From assembly GCA_000002445.1 (NCBI GenBank), contig CP000066.1, positions 448,001 through 512,000 of the forward strand: 64,000 nt of DNA, given 5' to 3'. Source of the DNA: Trypanosoma brucei (lineage: Eukaryota). The notes under the pieces are model-generated. The model made no database searches. It was given only the letters and a program-made list of their open reading frames with translations, and was not told the origin of the DNA. The translations under genes and the position numbers were made by a program. Below, piece after piece: positions 10,820 through 22,093 of this stretch (position 1 is its first letter; each line of letters begins with the position of its first letter).

Positions 10820-13513
10820 TCACACAGGGGTTGTGTTCGAGCGAAAGTAAGATCCTACCTCCTGTGCGTTCAGCCTCAGTATCCCTTCAATATCAACGAA
10901 ATTGTTAAGAGCACTTTCTTCACTCATGCCTGAGAGTCTCATTGCCTCCTGTAACCTCTCATAGTACAACGAGGCCGCCTGCAGCTTTGAAAATCGCTTA
11001 GGCAGCGCATCGCCCAGATCACCAAGCTCTTTTACCGCTGCATCACATTCCTCCTTAAAATACTCCAATCTACATCGCACAAAAGGCAAATACAACATGA
11101 GGTCCAGTAGTGCTGTGTTCAGCGTTAAAACCGGCTGCTTTGTTGCAGAAGCAGCGGCTGCCTCGCGCCCCACATGACGTGACTCGGACCGCGTGGGTGA
11201 AACTCTCCTTCCGGACCGGCGATCACTTCTGGAACGCCCTGCACTAGGGGAGCGGTGGTTCCGTTTACTTTCCGTAACACTTGCAGTGCATTTATCGTCC
11301 ATTTCGGAGGTAGGCTTCGGGAGAGTTTCTACAGTTCTAGATAGATACGCATTAGCAAATGCATCAGTAAGATTTTGAAGTGAAATGTTTTTTAACCCGC
11401 TATCAAAATCAAGCATATTCATGAGGCGCCTGGTCGTATTGCGATCTGGTAGTCCAAACTCCACATTTGTTGCGGCCATAATAATTTGAGTCCGCTGGGA
11501 AGCCGAAGCGGTAGCAATACCCTGAAGAAGCGCGCCAGATCCTGCAGGAAGTCGAGCCGCATCACCCAATGCTCTCTTCTCTTTCCGTGAAGTTTTCTTT
11601 CCACGTTGGTGCTCCGGATGTGGGAACGAATCCGCCATACCTGCCATGAGGTGGGACTCTATGGCACTTAATTCTGAAGGAAGCAAAAGTACCATCATGG
11701 CGTTGCAGAGGAACTCCTGGCGGTCTCTTGTGACAACTATGCTTGTACTGGTCTCATCTCCCTCCCATGGCTCAGGTATAGTGCAATCCTTGCACTGCTG
11801 AATTTCACAAAGAAGTTGACTGTGGTCGAATGCCACAGCGGAACTACCCACCGACCCCTTTTTCTGACTCGCAGTTAGGAAGTTCGAGGCCTTGTCGAGT
11901 AGATTTTTCATATTTTCTAAGCGGTGAGGATTCGGTAAACAGGAAGGTTTCCCCCAGATTCTCTTTTCTACCTTATCCTCACGGTGAAGAAGGGCATCGT
12001 ACATGACACTATGGTCAGTGTCACCTGGTAACTGGGGTGGGAGATTTGGCAGTTGGATGCGATCCAACGAGACAACTGGAGCCGGCGCCGCTTGTTTTAC
12101 CGCCCATTTCCCTGTTGTGTCAGGCGCCTGCTGCTTCGCTACCGAAGCCCTTCTGCGCATTAGCGCATTGCGAGGGGATACGTTCGTTTGTTCGACATTG
12201 CCTGCATTTTGAGAGGTTTCCTGTTGCTTAGACATCGCTCCGAGTTTCTCAGCGCAGAGAGGCATCCCCTTACCTGACATGGCCCAGACCAGGTGGAACC
12301 GTTTGTGGGTCTCAACCACCTCTTCTCGTTTCATTTCATTTTCCCTGGCCTCGCGCATTTCGCGCAGCGCCTTTTGTTTCCCTAGACGGTGCATACTTTT
12401 CCCGAGGTATAACTCACAAGCAGAAGGTCTGAACGCCCTCCTTGGCACCACCTTTGGGTCATCCGCTCGTTGCCGAGCAGGTGTAAAAGTTTTAAAGAAC
12501 GCTAAGGTCTTTAACACGGGTTCCTTACCTATAGTAACTGAAAAGAACCTTGGATCTGTGTGAGCCACCGTTGGTAGCCCCTGTGTACGCCCGTCTTGCA
12601 GAGGCGATAATTGCAAGCTCCTTCGCTGAATACTGCTGTCTATCGATCGTCTTTGGAGCGGGGCTGATGAAGCCAGTATGTTTCCAAGCTCACACATGCT
12701 ACCAAGCTCCCTATCTTTTTGGACTAACTGACTCACAACAGTGTTTCGCTCCTCCATTTGTACTAGTCGCCGATCAAGCAGTTCCAGTTGAGGTTGCTCA
12801 CGAATGAGATAGGGTCGATAGCCCAGTTCATCACAGAGTGGATTGCCGCGTAAATCCAATTCACGGAGGTCGCGTAGTCGCTTAAGTTGTGTGGATACAG
12901 CAACCAAGTTAGCTAAACGGTTGTAAGCCAACAGCAAAACCCTCAAATGACGCAAACGGGGAATATCTCCGTCAATCGTCCATATCATGTTGTGCGACAG
13001 AAACAGACTCCGCAGAAGGTGACAACCCCGTGGCCTACACCATAATGTTTCTACTCCATCATCAACGGCAGCATCATTCTCAGCTCTAGAGTTGCCGTCA
13101 GCAGTTCGCTTGGGAGGTAAAAGAAATGAAACCTCGCTTATCCGGTTGTTGGATAAGACAAGTGTATCTAGATTTTCCAGATATTGAACGTTCGTATGAA
13201 GACGCGTGATATTTTTTCTGCACAGTTCCAACTCCTTTGTATTTCGGTATTCCGAGCGTGGGATCTTGAGGGCAATGATGGGGTCAATGCAGTGATCCTG
13301 TTGCTCCGTTGGGTCTACGAACGCGGGAAACTTCTCCAGCTCGCACGACTCCTCATCTTCACTGTTTGAAGCCTCTCCACTCGTTTCTACTCTGGAGCTG
13401 CCTTTGTACGCAGCCCTCGAAAAGGATATCGCACGACTTGCAATACGATTCATTCGTTCCTTATTTTTGGAACGCAGGAGATCCGGATATGACCTATTTG
13501 CGGTTGTGTACAT
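10820..13513 (-). CDS. Leucine-rich-repeat protein (about 897 aa)
   Basis: The track start is TTG (the revcomp reads tga ttg agg ...). The first ATG is at aa 9 (MYTTANRS). LRR units include LENLDTLVLSNNRISEV, LRSLFLSHNMIW, LRHLRVLLLAYNRLANL and LRELDLRGNPL. The rest is a long low-complexity, Ser- and Arg-rich stretch. Confidence 0.65.
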   Translation of the reverse strand: MYTTANRSYPDLLRSKNKERMNRIASRAISFSRAAYKGSSRVETSGEASNSEDEESCELEKFPAFVDPTEQQDHCIDPIIALKIPRSEYRNTKELELCRKNITRLHTNVQYLENLDTLVLSNNRISEVSFLLPPKRTADGNSRAENDAAVDDGVETLWCRPRGCHLLRSLFLSHNMIWTIDGDIPRLRHLRVLLLAYNRLANLVAVSTQLKRLRDLRELDLRGNPLCDELGYRPYLIREQPQLELLDRRLVQMEERNTVVSQLVQKDRELGSMCELGNILASSAPLQRRSIDSSIQRRSLQLSPLQDGRTQGLPTVAHTDPRFFSVTIGKEPVLKTLAFFKTFTPARQRADDPKVVPRRAFRPSACELYLGKSMHRLGKQKALREMREARENEMKREEVVETHKRFHLVWAMSGKGMPLCAEKLGAMSKQQETSQNAGNVEQTNVSPRNALMRRRASVAKQQAPDTTGKWAVKQAAPAPVVSLDRIQLPNLPPQLPGDTDHSVMYDALLHREDKVEKRIWGKPSCLPNPHRLENMKNLLDKASNFLTASQKKGSVGSSAVAFDHSQLLCEIQQCKDCTIPEPWEGDETSTSIVVTRDRQEFLCNAMMVLLLPSELSAIESHLMAGMADSFPHPEHQRGKKTSRKEKRALGDAARLPAGSGALLQGIATASASQRTQIIMAATNVEFGLPDRNTTRRLMNMLDFDSGLKNISLQNLTDAFANAYLSRTVETLPKPTSEMDDKCTASVTESKRNHRSPSAGRSRSDRRSGRRVSPTRSESRHVGREAAAASATKQPVLTLNTALLDLMLYLPFVRCRLEYFKEECDAAVKELGDLGDALPKRFSKLQAASLYYERLQEAMRLSGMSEESALNNFVDIEGILRLNAQEVGSYFRSNTTPV

Positions 13514-14142
13514 CGTTAGCGTGGCCTTCTGCCTCAATCAATATTATAAAACAACACAGTGGACAAACGCCACGGCGAAAACAATACAATATATATATAT
13601 ATATATATAACACAGAGACGTGCAAACACACGCACCTGTGTCTACGTTGTTCGATGCGCAAACCCTATTTTCGAACTCTACGTTTTCTTCTATCTACTTC
13701 GAACTAAAGGGTTAAGGGTGACTTGGAATACTACTATGAATAAACGTGAGATGAGCAATGCATGCAGAAGTTCAAAGATGAAAATAGAAGAAAGAGTCGT
13801 AGTTTTACCTCAATACACTCACAAAAACAAACGTCACAAACCGACAAGAAAAATTTATTCCCGATGTAACTAAGCTCAAGAACAACAGTAACCAACAAAA
13901 AGAGGAATGTGTCACGTCTTTAATGGATATAGGGTATTATCAACAAACCAAAATGAGAGCAGTCGCATGCGCTATATTCCTTCTGATGCAAGCTAATAAT
14001 CACCGCGCGGACATGTAATTGACTACAAAAAAAAAAAGAAAGCAGAGAACATGAGCCTAACCAGCGTTGTGATTCCCACCAACTCGAGCAGCGACGACCG
14101 ATGAATTAGTGCAACGTCATCAGAACTCACAATCATCTCCCG

Positions 14143-14532
14143 CTATCCACCTTTAACTGAAGCTGTTGCTGAGCGCGCCACACGTTCCACTACCGGTAAG
14201 TTACGACCCCTCCAAAGTTTCCTGCTCAACTTTGCCTCCTCCACCGTATTAACAGAAGCAACACACACCACATCACTGCCACGAATCATCAACACACCTA
14301 AGGAATGTTCCCGCATCTCACCACCAGGGGGAGTCGCACCATTTGTACCGTTACGATTATTTTTAATATCATTTGGGTCAGTTGAGTCCTCCGCCTCATC
14401 ATCAAAAACACGCTCTGCACATGATGTTAACACGAGATTCATGAGTTGATCCGCTGCATGAAGAACACCGACGAGATACCGCCCATCCACAGTAACAACG
14501 GAGACGCGGCGCCTGAGATATTGGGAAAGCAT
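14143..14532 (-). CDS. Sm-like (LSm) protein with an extended loop between the Sm1 and Sm2 motifs; candidate LSm8
   Basis: 129 aa with a verified ATG. Sm1 reads VSVVTVDGRYLVGVLHAADQLMNLVLTSCAER. Sm2 reads LGVLMIRGSDVVCV. About 40 aa of acidic, Asn- and Gly-rich insert sits between them. Its position immediately upstream of PDH-E1beta fits my recollection of the T. brucei LSm8 locus. Confidence 0.75.
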   Translation of the reverse strand: MLSQYLRRRVSVVTVDGRYLVGVLHAADQLMNLVLTSCAERVFDDEAEDSTDPNDIKNNRNGTNGATPPGGEMREHSLGVLMIRGSDVVCVASVNTVEEAKLSRKLWRGRNLPVVERVARSATASVKGG

Positions 14533-14566
14533 TCGAAGTAAATGCGCGTATAACTAACTAGTTATA

Positions 14567-14597
<31 letters not shown>

Positions 14598-15277
14598 TTA
14601 TATGCGAACGCTTGTGTCGAAAGCTCCAACCGATTTGAATGACCACAAAGGAAGAAAACTTGGGGCCAATCTTATGTTTGTAACGCATAAAGAGAAACAA
14701 AAAAAAAGAGAAAACAGAACGGCAGAGTACGTTACATAATCGAAGGGTGCGTAGGAAGTATCCTGCTGCTACCGACTTTCACGGAAACTATGCATAGAAA
14801 ACACACAAAAAGAGAGATTACGGCGATAACTATTATATGGACGGAGAAAGGCAATCACAAGTGTGGGGACAAAAAAAAGAACCAAAAAAAGGGAAAACAT
14901 CCCAGCGGGACAAAGTGATGGGAAAGCAACGGTTTGATGGGGAAAAAAACGAAAAAAGATAAATATACCCGCCGCACTTCATTCCCACCCGAATAAAAGG
15001 AAAAAATCATGCACGCGGAGCACCAGCTCAGGAAGATTGGGAAACGCACATACGCTTGTTCACACGGAGCAAATGGAACCAATGCCCTCAATTCGCTCCG
15101 CTTGGACATATGAACAGGAGAGGAGGGAAACGGAAGAGGAAAGAGGAAAGAAGAGGAGGGGGAGCGAAAAAAATAAAAATAAAAATGATAAAAATAAATA
15201 AAAAGAGGACGGTATGGAAGAATACGGGACCATAAAGCGCATATTTTTTATGCATTCGGCTACAAGAAAAATAGATG

Positions 15278-15282
<5 letters not shown>

Positions 15283-15316
<34 letters not shown>

Positions 15317-15338
15317 TACATATATATATATATATATA
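15283..15338. repeat. Compound (CA)15-(TACA)-(TA)9 microsatellite
   Basis: Direct read in the LSm-PDHB intergenic region. Confidence 0.9.
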
Positions 15339-16117
15339 TGTATGTATACCCGGATGGAGTGCTGCATATGCATTTACCGAACGCAGATATTGCCGAAACG
15401 CAATTCGTTTTTCTCTTTTCTTCTCCCCTCCACTTTTCCTTTCTCTCTTTCCTTTTACTTTCCTGCTCCGTCTGTTTCATTACCCCTCTGCACGTACACC
15501 ACACCAATCCGCTTCTTAGCCACTGGATATTTTTTAAAAAACCGCGCTGTTGAACACCAATGTAAAATTTTAAAAAGTTCTACTACTTCCTCCTTTTTTT
15601 TTACGCGGCATGCTGACTTTACCGTATATTCACGCAAGCATCCACTCTCTTATGCCCACGCCAACGTTTTCCTTAGACAACAATAAGAATAACTAGAAAC
15701 GTTTTTCCCCCTTTCGTTACACACTTATTCTCCTTTTACCCACTCCTTGCTTCTCAGTTCTTTTTCTTCTTGTTTTTTTGTTTCAAATTCGTCCTCGTGA
15801 TCGCGTTCATTAAAAATCCGCTCCTCTTTTGTTACTAACTTACGTGACGCACAACAAACAAAAAACTAACAAAAATAGAAAAAAAAACATGAACGTATAT
15901 ATATATATATATATACTTTACCACCAGCGTACATACTCTCTCCAACATATAAAATGCACCAACATCCAGTTTCAGAGGTATTTGAACGTTAGTCCAACTC
16001 AATCTCAAGACAAAATCCCCGCACCATAACACAAACACACACGTACACACGCGCCCTTTTTCTCTATTTCTGTCAAGAAGCAGAGAAAAAGTCGCTCAGT
16101 CGGTGCGACGGGTTTAT

Positions 16118-17164
16118 TTAGCTCAGAATGCGACGTGCCACGTCGAGAACATCAGAGACTTGCGGTTGTGATGCAACTTCCAAATTTTTCGAGTATGGTG
16201 TTGGGCAGTCGGCACATGAAACGCGCTCCATCGGGGCGTCAAGATAATCGAACGCCTCGCTCTCCATTACAATGGCGCATATCTCCGCACCAATATTGCA
16301 AATAGGGAAGGATTCATCAACAGTCATCGCACGACCAGTTTTCTTCACGGATTGAATGATCGTTGCGCGATCCAGAGGACGAAGGGAACGAAGGTTAATC
16401 ACTTCAGCCTCAATACCGCTCTTGGCAAGTTGCTCCGCTGCTTTAAGGCAAAGAGAAACACCACGCGAGAAACCAATCATTGTGATATCCTTGCCAGGTC
16501 GCTCAATTTTAGCCTTTCCAAAAGGAATGACAAAGTCTTCTCCCATCGCCTCATCACTTACTTTGAATGTCTCACCATACATAAGCTCATGTTCAAGCAT
16601 AACGACGGGATTGTCATCGCGAATTGCAGCTTTCAGCATTCCACGAGCGTCTTCGCTGCTGTATGGGGAGAATACCTTCAGTCCAGGAATTGAGGCATAC
16701 CAAGCAGCAAAACACTGAGAATGTTGAGCCCCAACACCGGCTGATGCGCCGTTGGGACCACGGAACACAATAGGACACTTAAGTTGACCTGCTGACATGT
16801 ACAATCCCTTACCAGCGGAGTTCACAATTTGGTCAATGGCTTGCATGGCGAAGTTCATCGTCATGAATTCACACACGGGTCTCATGCCATTCATGGCGGC
16901 ACCCACAGCCATACCCGCGAAACCATGTTCCGTAATGGGTGTGTCAATAACACGAGATGTTCCATACTTATCAACAAGTCCTCTTGTCACCTTGTAGGCT
17001 CCTTGATACTGTCCGACCTCTTCACCCAACACAAAAACAGTTTTGTCTCGACTCAGCTCCTCATCGATTGCACTGTTTAGTGCGTCACGAACAGTCAAAC
17101 TCGTCACTGTCCGAGAACCAAGTGCAGCAGATGAAGCTGAGAAAGTAGTAGCAAAACGGCGCAT
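16118..17164 (-). CDS. PDHB: Pyruvate dehydrogenase E1 component beta subunit, mitochondrial
   Basis: 348 aa with a verified ATG. Similarity to PDH E1-beta runs the full length, with motifs [89 protein letters not shown] and [11 protein letters not shown]. The N-terminus is presequence-like. Confidence 0.92.
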   Translation of the reverse strand: MRRFATTFSASSAALGSRTVTSLTVRDALNSAIDEELSRDKTVFVLGEEVGQYQGAYKVTRGLVDKYGTSRVIDTPITEHGFAGMAVGAAMNGMRPVCEFMTMNFAMQAIDQIVNSAGKGLYMSAGQLKCPIVFRGPNGASAGVGAQHSQCFAAWYASIPGLKVFSPYSSEDARGMLKAAIRDDNPVVMLEHELMYGETFKVSDEAMGEDFVIPFGKAKIERPGKDITMIGFSRGVSLCLKAAEQLAKSGIEAEVINLRSLRPLDRATIIQSVKKTGRAMTVDESFPICNIGAEICAIVMESEAFDYLDAPMERVSCADCPTPYSKNLEVASQPQVSDVLDVARRILS

Positions 17165-17707
17165 TTTAAATAATGTTCTTTCTTCTTCCTCTCTTTTTTT
17201 TTTTCGTTACCTTTGGGTTTCCTGTTTTAGGATAATTCTACAACCTTCAGGTATCTTTTTATCTTTGATTTCTTTCGTTGACGGGCTAGACACTCTCGAA
17301 TATTTGTAGTTTGTTTGGTTGTGTAGGTGCAACGAGAGCGATTAGTAAGTTAGAAGAAGAAGTTTAAAGATAAAAATTCAAAACAGTTCAAAACTGTTTG
17401 TTTCTCATATTCGGACAAAGAACAAACTTCTCCGCAATATTTCCCTCCCCCCTCCCTCATTCGAACCGAATTGTTGGTTAAGTGGCACAACGATAGAAAC
17501 CAATTAAAAGCTATTTAAACACTCCTTTAGTACCTCTCCCGTTCCTTGAAGTAGCACAAACGCAGAGCGTTGTCCCCATTACCCACAACACGAACTGTGG
17601 GGTACATGGTACTTACGGGGGCAGCAGCGTGTTCAAATGCACACTTCGTGTAAACAAGGTAATGTTTGAGGAAGTACAAAAAAGAAAAACTGCTCAAACA
17701 ATAAATC

Positions 17708-20700
17708 TCATTGGCCTCTGTCACGTTTTCTCCACCTTCGGTACCTGCGGTTATGTCCATGATGCTCATCATCCTGTTCATCTCGATCAAAATCCCATTC
17801 CCAATGCCGATCCCGGTCGCGGTTAGCATCACGATCCCGTTCACGGCCACGGCTGACCTCACGATCACGGTCATAATCGCGAACCGCCCCACGGTCATTG
17901 TCACGCTCACGAGAACGATCCCGGTCGCGGGCCCGGTCTCCACCACGTCGACGCAAGCGACCATGCCGGTGGTCGTGATTACTATCAGCCTCATGATCGT
18001 TCTCACGATCTCGTTTTCGCTTAGATGAACCCGTAGTACGACCATCAACACCTGCTGAACCTTGCGTCTCGGTTCGTGCTGCCACGGACGTTTTGGGGTC
18101 TGGTGAAACCATGAACAACTGCTCAGCACTTACCGCAGGCCCTGTCATCCTCTCTAGAAGTGGACATTCCACAGATGCTAACAGATTGACAGGATGAGTG
18201 CTATCCGTTGACAGAATTATCCCGAGCGTTTGCTGACGTTTCTTCACAGCGTCCAGGAACAGTTCCTTGTTTCGCCTGACGAGCCCAATAACACGCCGCA
18301 TGTGAAAAGTTAGAGTGTAAGCCTTCCAATCACCGAGAGAAGTATTCTCACCGAGAAACCGAGCAATGTTCCGCGTCGTATCCATAATAAGTGTTTGGAG
18401 AAGTGCGGCAGCATCCTTTCCTGAAGCAGGAAGCACATCATGGATCCAGTTGTTTTGAGTACCCTCGGTTCTTGCAGGCACGTTCGCCTCTGCAGTCGTT
18501 GGTGGTTGCTTTTGCTGATCCCCATGAGGAGGGACAGCACGACAGGGATTCAACCTATAGGGCAAAACAATTTCATCCACCAAAACGCCCAGGAATGCCG
18601 CGAGGGCAGTGCACTCCATTTTCGTGGCGTGTAAAACTTTTGCGTTCGCCTGCAAAACGATACGACGCACGGCATTCAATAGTGCACGAGATTCAAGATT
18701 ACCAGCGCATGATATCAGCCACTTCTTCACTGCAATTCCGGTCAGCACGGCATCTGCTACAGAAGTTCGCGCGCGCATTACAAACACAGTGATCACTGCA
18801 TCCATATAGGGTTTTACAACCGCATTCAGCAACTTGTCGTCACCTGAAGCAGGGGCTTCAGAGCCCTTATTGATTGCACTACCCGTTACTGCAATTGGGG
18901 CTTCTGCTTGTGCACCCGTAGTTGGGGAAACTGTCGATTCTTCCTCCACCTTCAAAGTAGCGCTCGAAGTATCAGTAGTCGTGTTAGCAACCTCCTTTTT
19001 CTCTTCTACCATTGAGTCAGTGGGAACGGGCCCCACCTGCTGCTGGACGTCTGCCGGTGCGTTGTTAGCTGCCCTTTGGCGAAGCGCATCGAAATCGTGT
19101 TTGACAGATGCCGATATACCCGTGTCCAATTTCTCCTGTGTTGATATGTCTTTCTCTTTCGTTGTGGGTTGTTCTAGCATGGCGCGGCATGCTAAAAGCG
19201 TTTTCGTTGGAATACTCTTCATATAATTTCGGTTGCACAACCTCAATAAATTCATTGCACACACGTTCGCACGTGAGTCAATATCCTCTAACTCCATACT
19301 GCACAAGTAATCACACCAAGCATGAGGAATATGTGGCTTAACTTCCTCATCGTACGCCACGTTGCCCTGTAAGAGGACTGCTAGTGCGAGCCGTGGCAAA
19401 ACTGGTCCTTCCCGAGCCACATTAGCCCTAGAGAGTAGTTTTTCCACGATGGCTTTTTGTACTTGCTGACGTCTTGACACATCCCAGTAGGTTACTGTAT
19501 TGCATAGACGCATCACACCCATGAAAAAAGCTGTCATCGCATCGACGACAACACACCCCGCACCAGTTGGCCCAAGAAGACGCGCTTCGCCTACACCTCG
19601 CAACCGCGCCATCACCAACTCTCCAATGTGTGCAACAATTTCAACGAAGAGCCGCCGGACCACATCAGCCTCCTTCTCCTTCTCTCCTCCGCTTTTTGAC
19701 ATTTTGTCATCACCATCCCTCTCTTTCTTTACTGATCCCGGGGTCATAAGAATGTTGTGGAAGAACTGCAGGGCATCGTTTTTCGCATTTAAAGCGAGCC
19801 GCTGCGGTTGACGGCTATAGTATCCACGCGGCAACTCCTCCAGATACGCGACCTCAGCACAGCGCGGGTACCGCAGGGCACAAGCCACGTGCTCAGCGTC
19901 TTTTGCAGTACTGTGATCCACTCCAATAGCCCTTAGCGGAGGAAGAAAGAAGGCGACGAGCCCGTACTGGTGTCGCTGCCTTATGAGACGATGAAGACAC
20001 GACATCATGGGCAGACCAGGCGCAAAGAAACGGCGAGCAGCCAGTCGAACATGCTGAATCGTCGTTTTTTCAAAGAGTGGTGAGTCACTTGCCACAAACC
20101 CTAAGAACATGAGCCACTCGCTCACAGCTACACTACAGCTTCCAGTTCCACTTGTAATTATGGATTCCTCGAGGGCGGCTGCAAAAAGTCTTTCAACAAA
20201 TTGCGAAGTATTGACGGTATGATCAGCGACACAGCTATCTTTTCCAGCCGCTGTGGAGTTCAGAACCGACTTCACATCTTCGCACAAACTTGCCAAAGAG
20301 CTTTCAATGAAGTTGGCGACAGCAAAGAATTTAGGGAAAAACATGAAGGCCACATCATCCGCATCGAGGGTTGCCTCACTAAACGCTGTAGAACGTGATG
20401 CACTAGACATGCCCCGATCGGTAATGATGGCCTCAAAGTCACACCTATCCGCTTCAGCCCCTGTCGCACACAATGACTTAATCAGATGCTGCAATGTCGC
20501 AAGAGGCCTGTGAACAAGAAGTACACGCAACGCTCTCTTGTGTATATCGCTTGGCACACTTGTCTTATCAAGAGCAGAGGAAATGATGCCATTTAGTGCC
20601 TTGCTACATGCTTCAACAAGGGTTAACGGTGTCCCTCTGCTTACCATGGCATTCGATGATGACAGCAGAGGCGTCGCGACTGCTCTGCTATGCCACGAGA

Positions 20701-22093
20701 GAAACGCTCTCATAGCGGTATGCTCCCTAAAACCCTTCGTAATGTTCGCGTTATCCCTACATTCTTCGCTGTCGGTGGGTTGCACCCGTTCTCGTGCGGC
20801 ATGAAATGTGCGGGACGCAATGTCTGCAAGTAACACGGGCCACGGTGTAAACTCGTCAAGCTGTTCAAGAAGAACAAACACTCGTTGAACTTCCTGCTGT
20901 AAACCTCTGAGCAAACCACGGGCTTCTGCTGCAGGGAGCATACCCTCAGTTTTGGGACACTCGGTGCCCTTGCTGTCCTTATCCCCATCGATACATTTAT
21001 GTGCGCTGACCCCGTGAGAATCACCACCAGCAGAACCTTCACTCTTGAGGGCGTTAAAGCACGTAAGCATGGAATGGAGAAAATCTCCGCACACGGGAAG
21101 CCACCTCCCAAGGGATTGCACCATGGCACCGGCCATTGAAGAGGTTGCGACAACAACATAACCGTTGCCCTCGTTGTTGTTAAGATCTTTTGTAGATTTC
21201 CTGGCGGAAGTCTCAACATACAACTTCCTGAGCACTTTGGTCACGTTGGAAACGAGGGAGCGCACCTCGAAGTCCTTCACAGCATCACCGGTTTCTCCCT
21301 CGGCTCCCGATACTGCGTGTGTCCCGCACGACCGCAGCATCGTCTCTTCCAATTCCAAAAGCTCCACATGAAACAGCTCCCACATTCGCTGTACGAACTT
21401 CGGTAACAATTGTATCTGTTCAACAAAAGTTATTTTTAAATGATTTTGGAGATAGTGACCGAGAGCTCCAAGCAAGTCATCTTGACTCAAGGTGTCCTCA
21501 CCTGAAGAAGAGGCACAAATCCAATGGTTAACGTGCGTGAAGGCAATTCCTTCAAGAAGGCAGTCCACGAGGGCACTGAACCGGTTTGCTGTTTCATCTC
21601 CGCCGCCAGCGGCATCGAAGTGTGTCTTCCACTCAAGAAAAATAACGTCAAGCACGATATGGAGGGCCTTTTGATGAAGGGCAATTGTTTCTCTCCTACT
21701 CACAGCGACTACGGAAGCCTGCTTTTCCGGACTCCCTTCAACCTTATCCTTCTCACACTTCCCCTGTGCTTCAGTGAAGGCAGACAGTAGTTGATTGCGT
21801 GCCTCCACAAGTTTTTTGTGCCATGCCAATGTCATTGTTGATTTCCACCCCTCAGCATTCCGCTTGGCACGTGGGGATGTTGTCGTATCCACAACAACCC
21901 GTGCCCTTGCTTTCACTTCATCTTTACAAGACTGAATCACACCCTCTACATATGGGTTTGAGAGTGCACTTTTTAGTTCGACTGTCAGGGTTCGATGAGT
22001 CCACCAAAACTCAAAGAGAGGTCGCTCCTCCGGTTGCTTTTCTTCCGCTTTGGACTGAGTCCCCTTTCCCTTTTGTCGCTTTTCCCGCTTCAT
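17708..22093 (-). CDS. Large (about 1460 aa) conserved hypothetical nuclear-type protein with a C-terminal Arg-Asp/Arg-Glu dipeptide-repeat tail
   Basis: The track start is TTG. The first ATG is at aa 4 (MKREKRQKGKG). The last 110 aa or so read RKRDRENDHEADSNHDHRHGRLRRRGGDRARDRDRSRERDNDRGAVRDYDRDREVSRGRERDRDANRDRDRHWEWDFDRDEQ. The body is predicted to be helical, consistent with HEAT/ARM-like repeats. I recognise no catalytic motif. Confidence 0.7.
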   Translation of the reverse strand: MKREKRQKGKGTQSKAEEKQPEERPLFEFWWTHRTLTVELKSALSNPYVEGVIQSCKDEVKARARVVVDTTTSPRAKRNAEGWKSTMTLAWHKKLVEARNQLLSAFTEAQGKCEKDKVEGSPEKQASVVAVSRRETIALHQKALHIVLDVIFLEWKTHFDAAGGGDETANRFSALVDCLLEGIAFTHVNHWICASSSGEDTLSQDDLLGALGHYLQNHLKITFVEQIQLLPKFVQRMWELFHVELLELEETMLRSCGTHAVSGAEGETGDAVKDFEVRSLVSNVTKVLRKLYVETSARKSTKDLNNNEGNGYVVVATSSMAGAMVQSLGRWLPVCGDFLHSMLTCFNALKSEGSAGGDSHGVSAHKCIDGDKDSKGTECPKTEGMLPAAEARGLLRGLQQEVQRVFVLLEQLDEFTPWPVLLADIASRTFHAARERVQPTDSEECRDNANITKGFREHTAMRAFLSWHSRAVATPLLSSSNAMVSRGTPLTLVEACSKALNGIISSALDKTSVPSDIHKRALRVLLVHRPLATLQHLIKSLCATGAEADRCDFEAIITDRGMSSASRSTAFSEATLDADDVAFMFFPKFFAVANFIESSLASLCEDVKSVLNSTAAGKDSCVADHTVNTSQFVERLFAAALEESIITSGTGSCSVAVSEWLMFLGFVASDSPLFEKTTIQHVRLAARRFFAPGLPMMSCLHRLIRQRHQYGLVAFFLPPLRAIGVDHSTAKDAEHVACALRYPRCAEVAYLEELPRGYYSRQPQRLALNAKNDALQFFHNILMTPGSVKKERDGDDKMSKSGGEKEKEADVVRRLFVEIVAHIGELVMARLRGVGEARLLGPTGAGCVVVDAMTAFFMGVMRLCNTVTYWDVSRRQQVQKAIVEKLLSRANVAREGPVLPRLALAVLLQGNVAYDEEVKPHIPHAWCDYLCSMELEDIDSRANVCAMNLLRLCNRNYMKSIPTKTLLACRAMLEQPTTKEKDISTQEKLDTGISASVKHDFDALRQRAANNAPADVQQQVGPVPTDSMVEEKKEVANTTTDTSSATLKVEEESTVSPTTGAQAEAPIAVTGSAINKGSEAPASGDDKLLNAVVKPYMDAVITVFVMRARTSVADAVLTGIAVKKWLISCAGNLESRALLNAVRRIVLQANAKVLHATKMECTALAAFLGVLVDEIVLPYRLNPCRAVPPHGDQQKQPPTTAEANVPARTEGTQNNWIHDVLPASGKDAAALLQTLIMDTTRNIARFLGENTSLGDWKAYTLTFHMRRVIGLVRRNKELFLDAVKKRQQTLGIILSTDSTHPVNLLASVECPLLERMTGPAVSAEQLFMVSPDPKTSVAARTETQGSAGVDGRTTGSSKRKRDRENDHEADSNHDHRHGRLRRRGGDRARDRDRSRERDNDRGAVRDYDRDREVSRGRERDRDANRDRDRHWEWDFDRDEQDDEHHGHNRRYRRWRKRDRGQ

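Noticed and set aside
17527-18129. 200-aa minus-strand ORF overlapping the 3' end of the large RD-tail gene in another frame
   Set aside because: This is an out-of-frame reading of the RD/RE-repeat coding DNA. It gives a low-complexity ITV-rich product and has no independent support.
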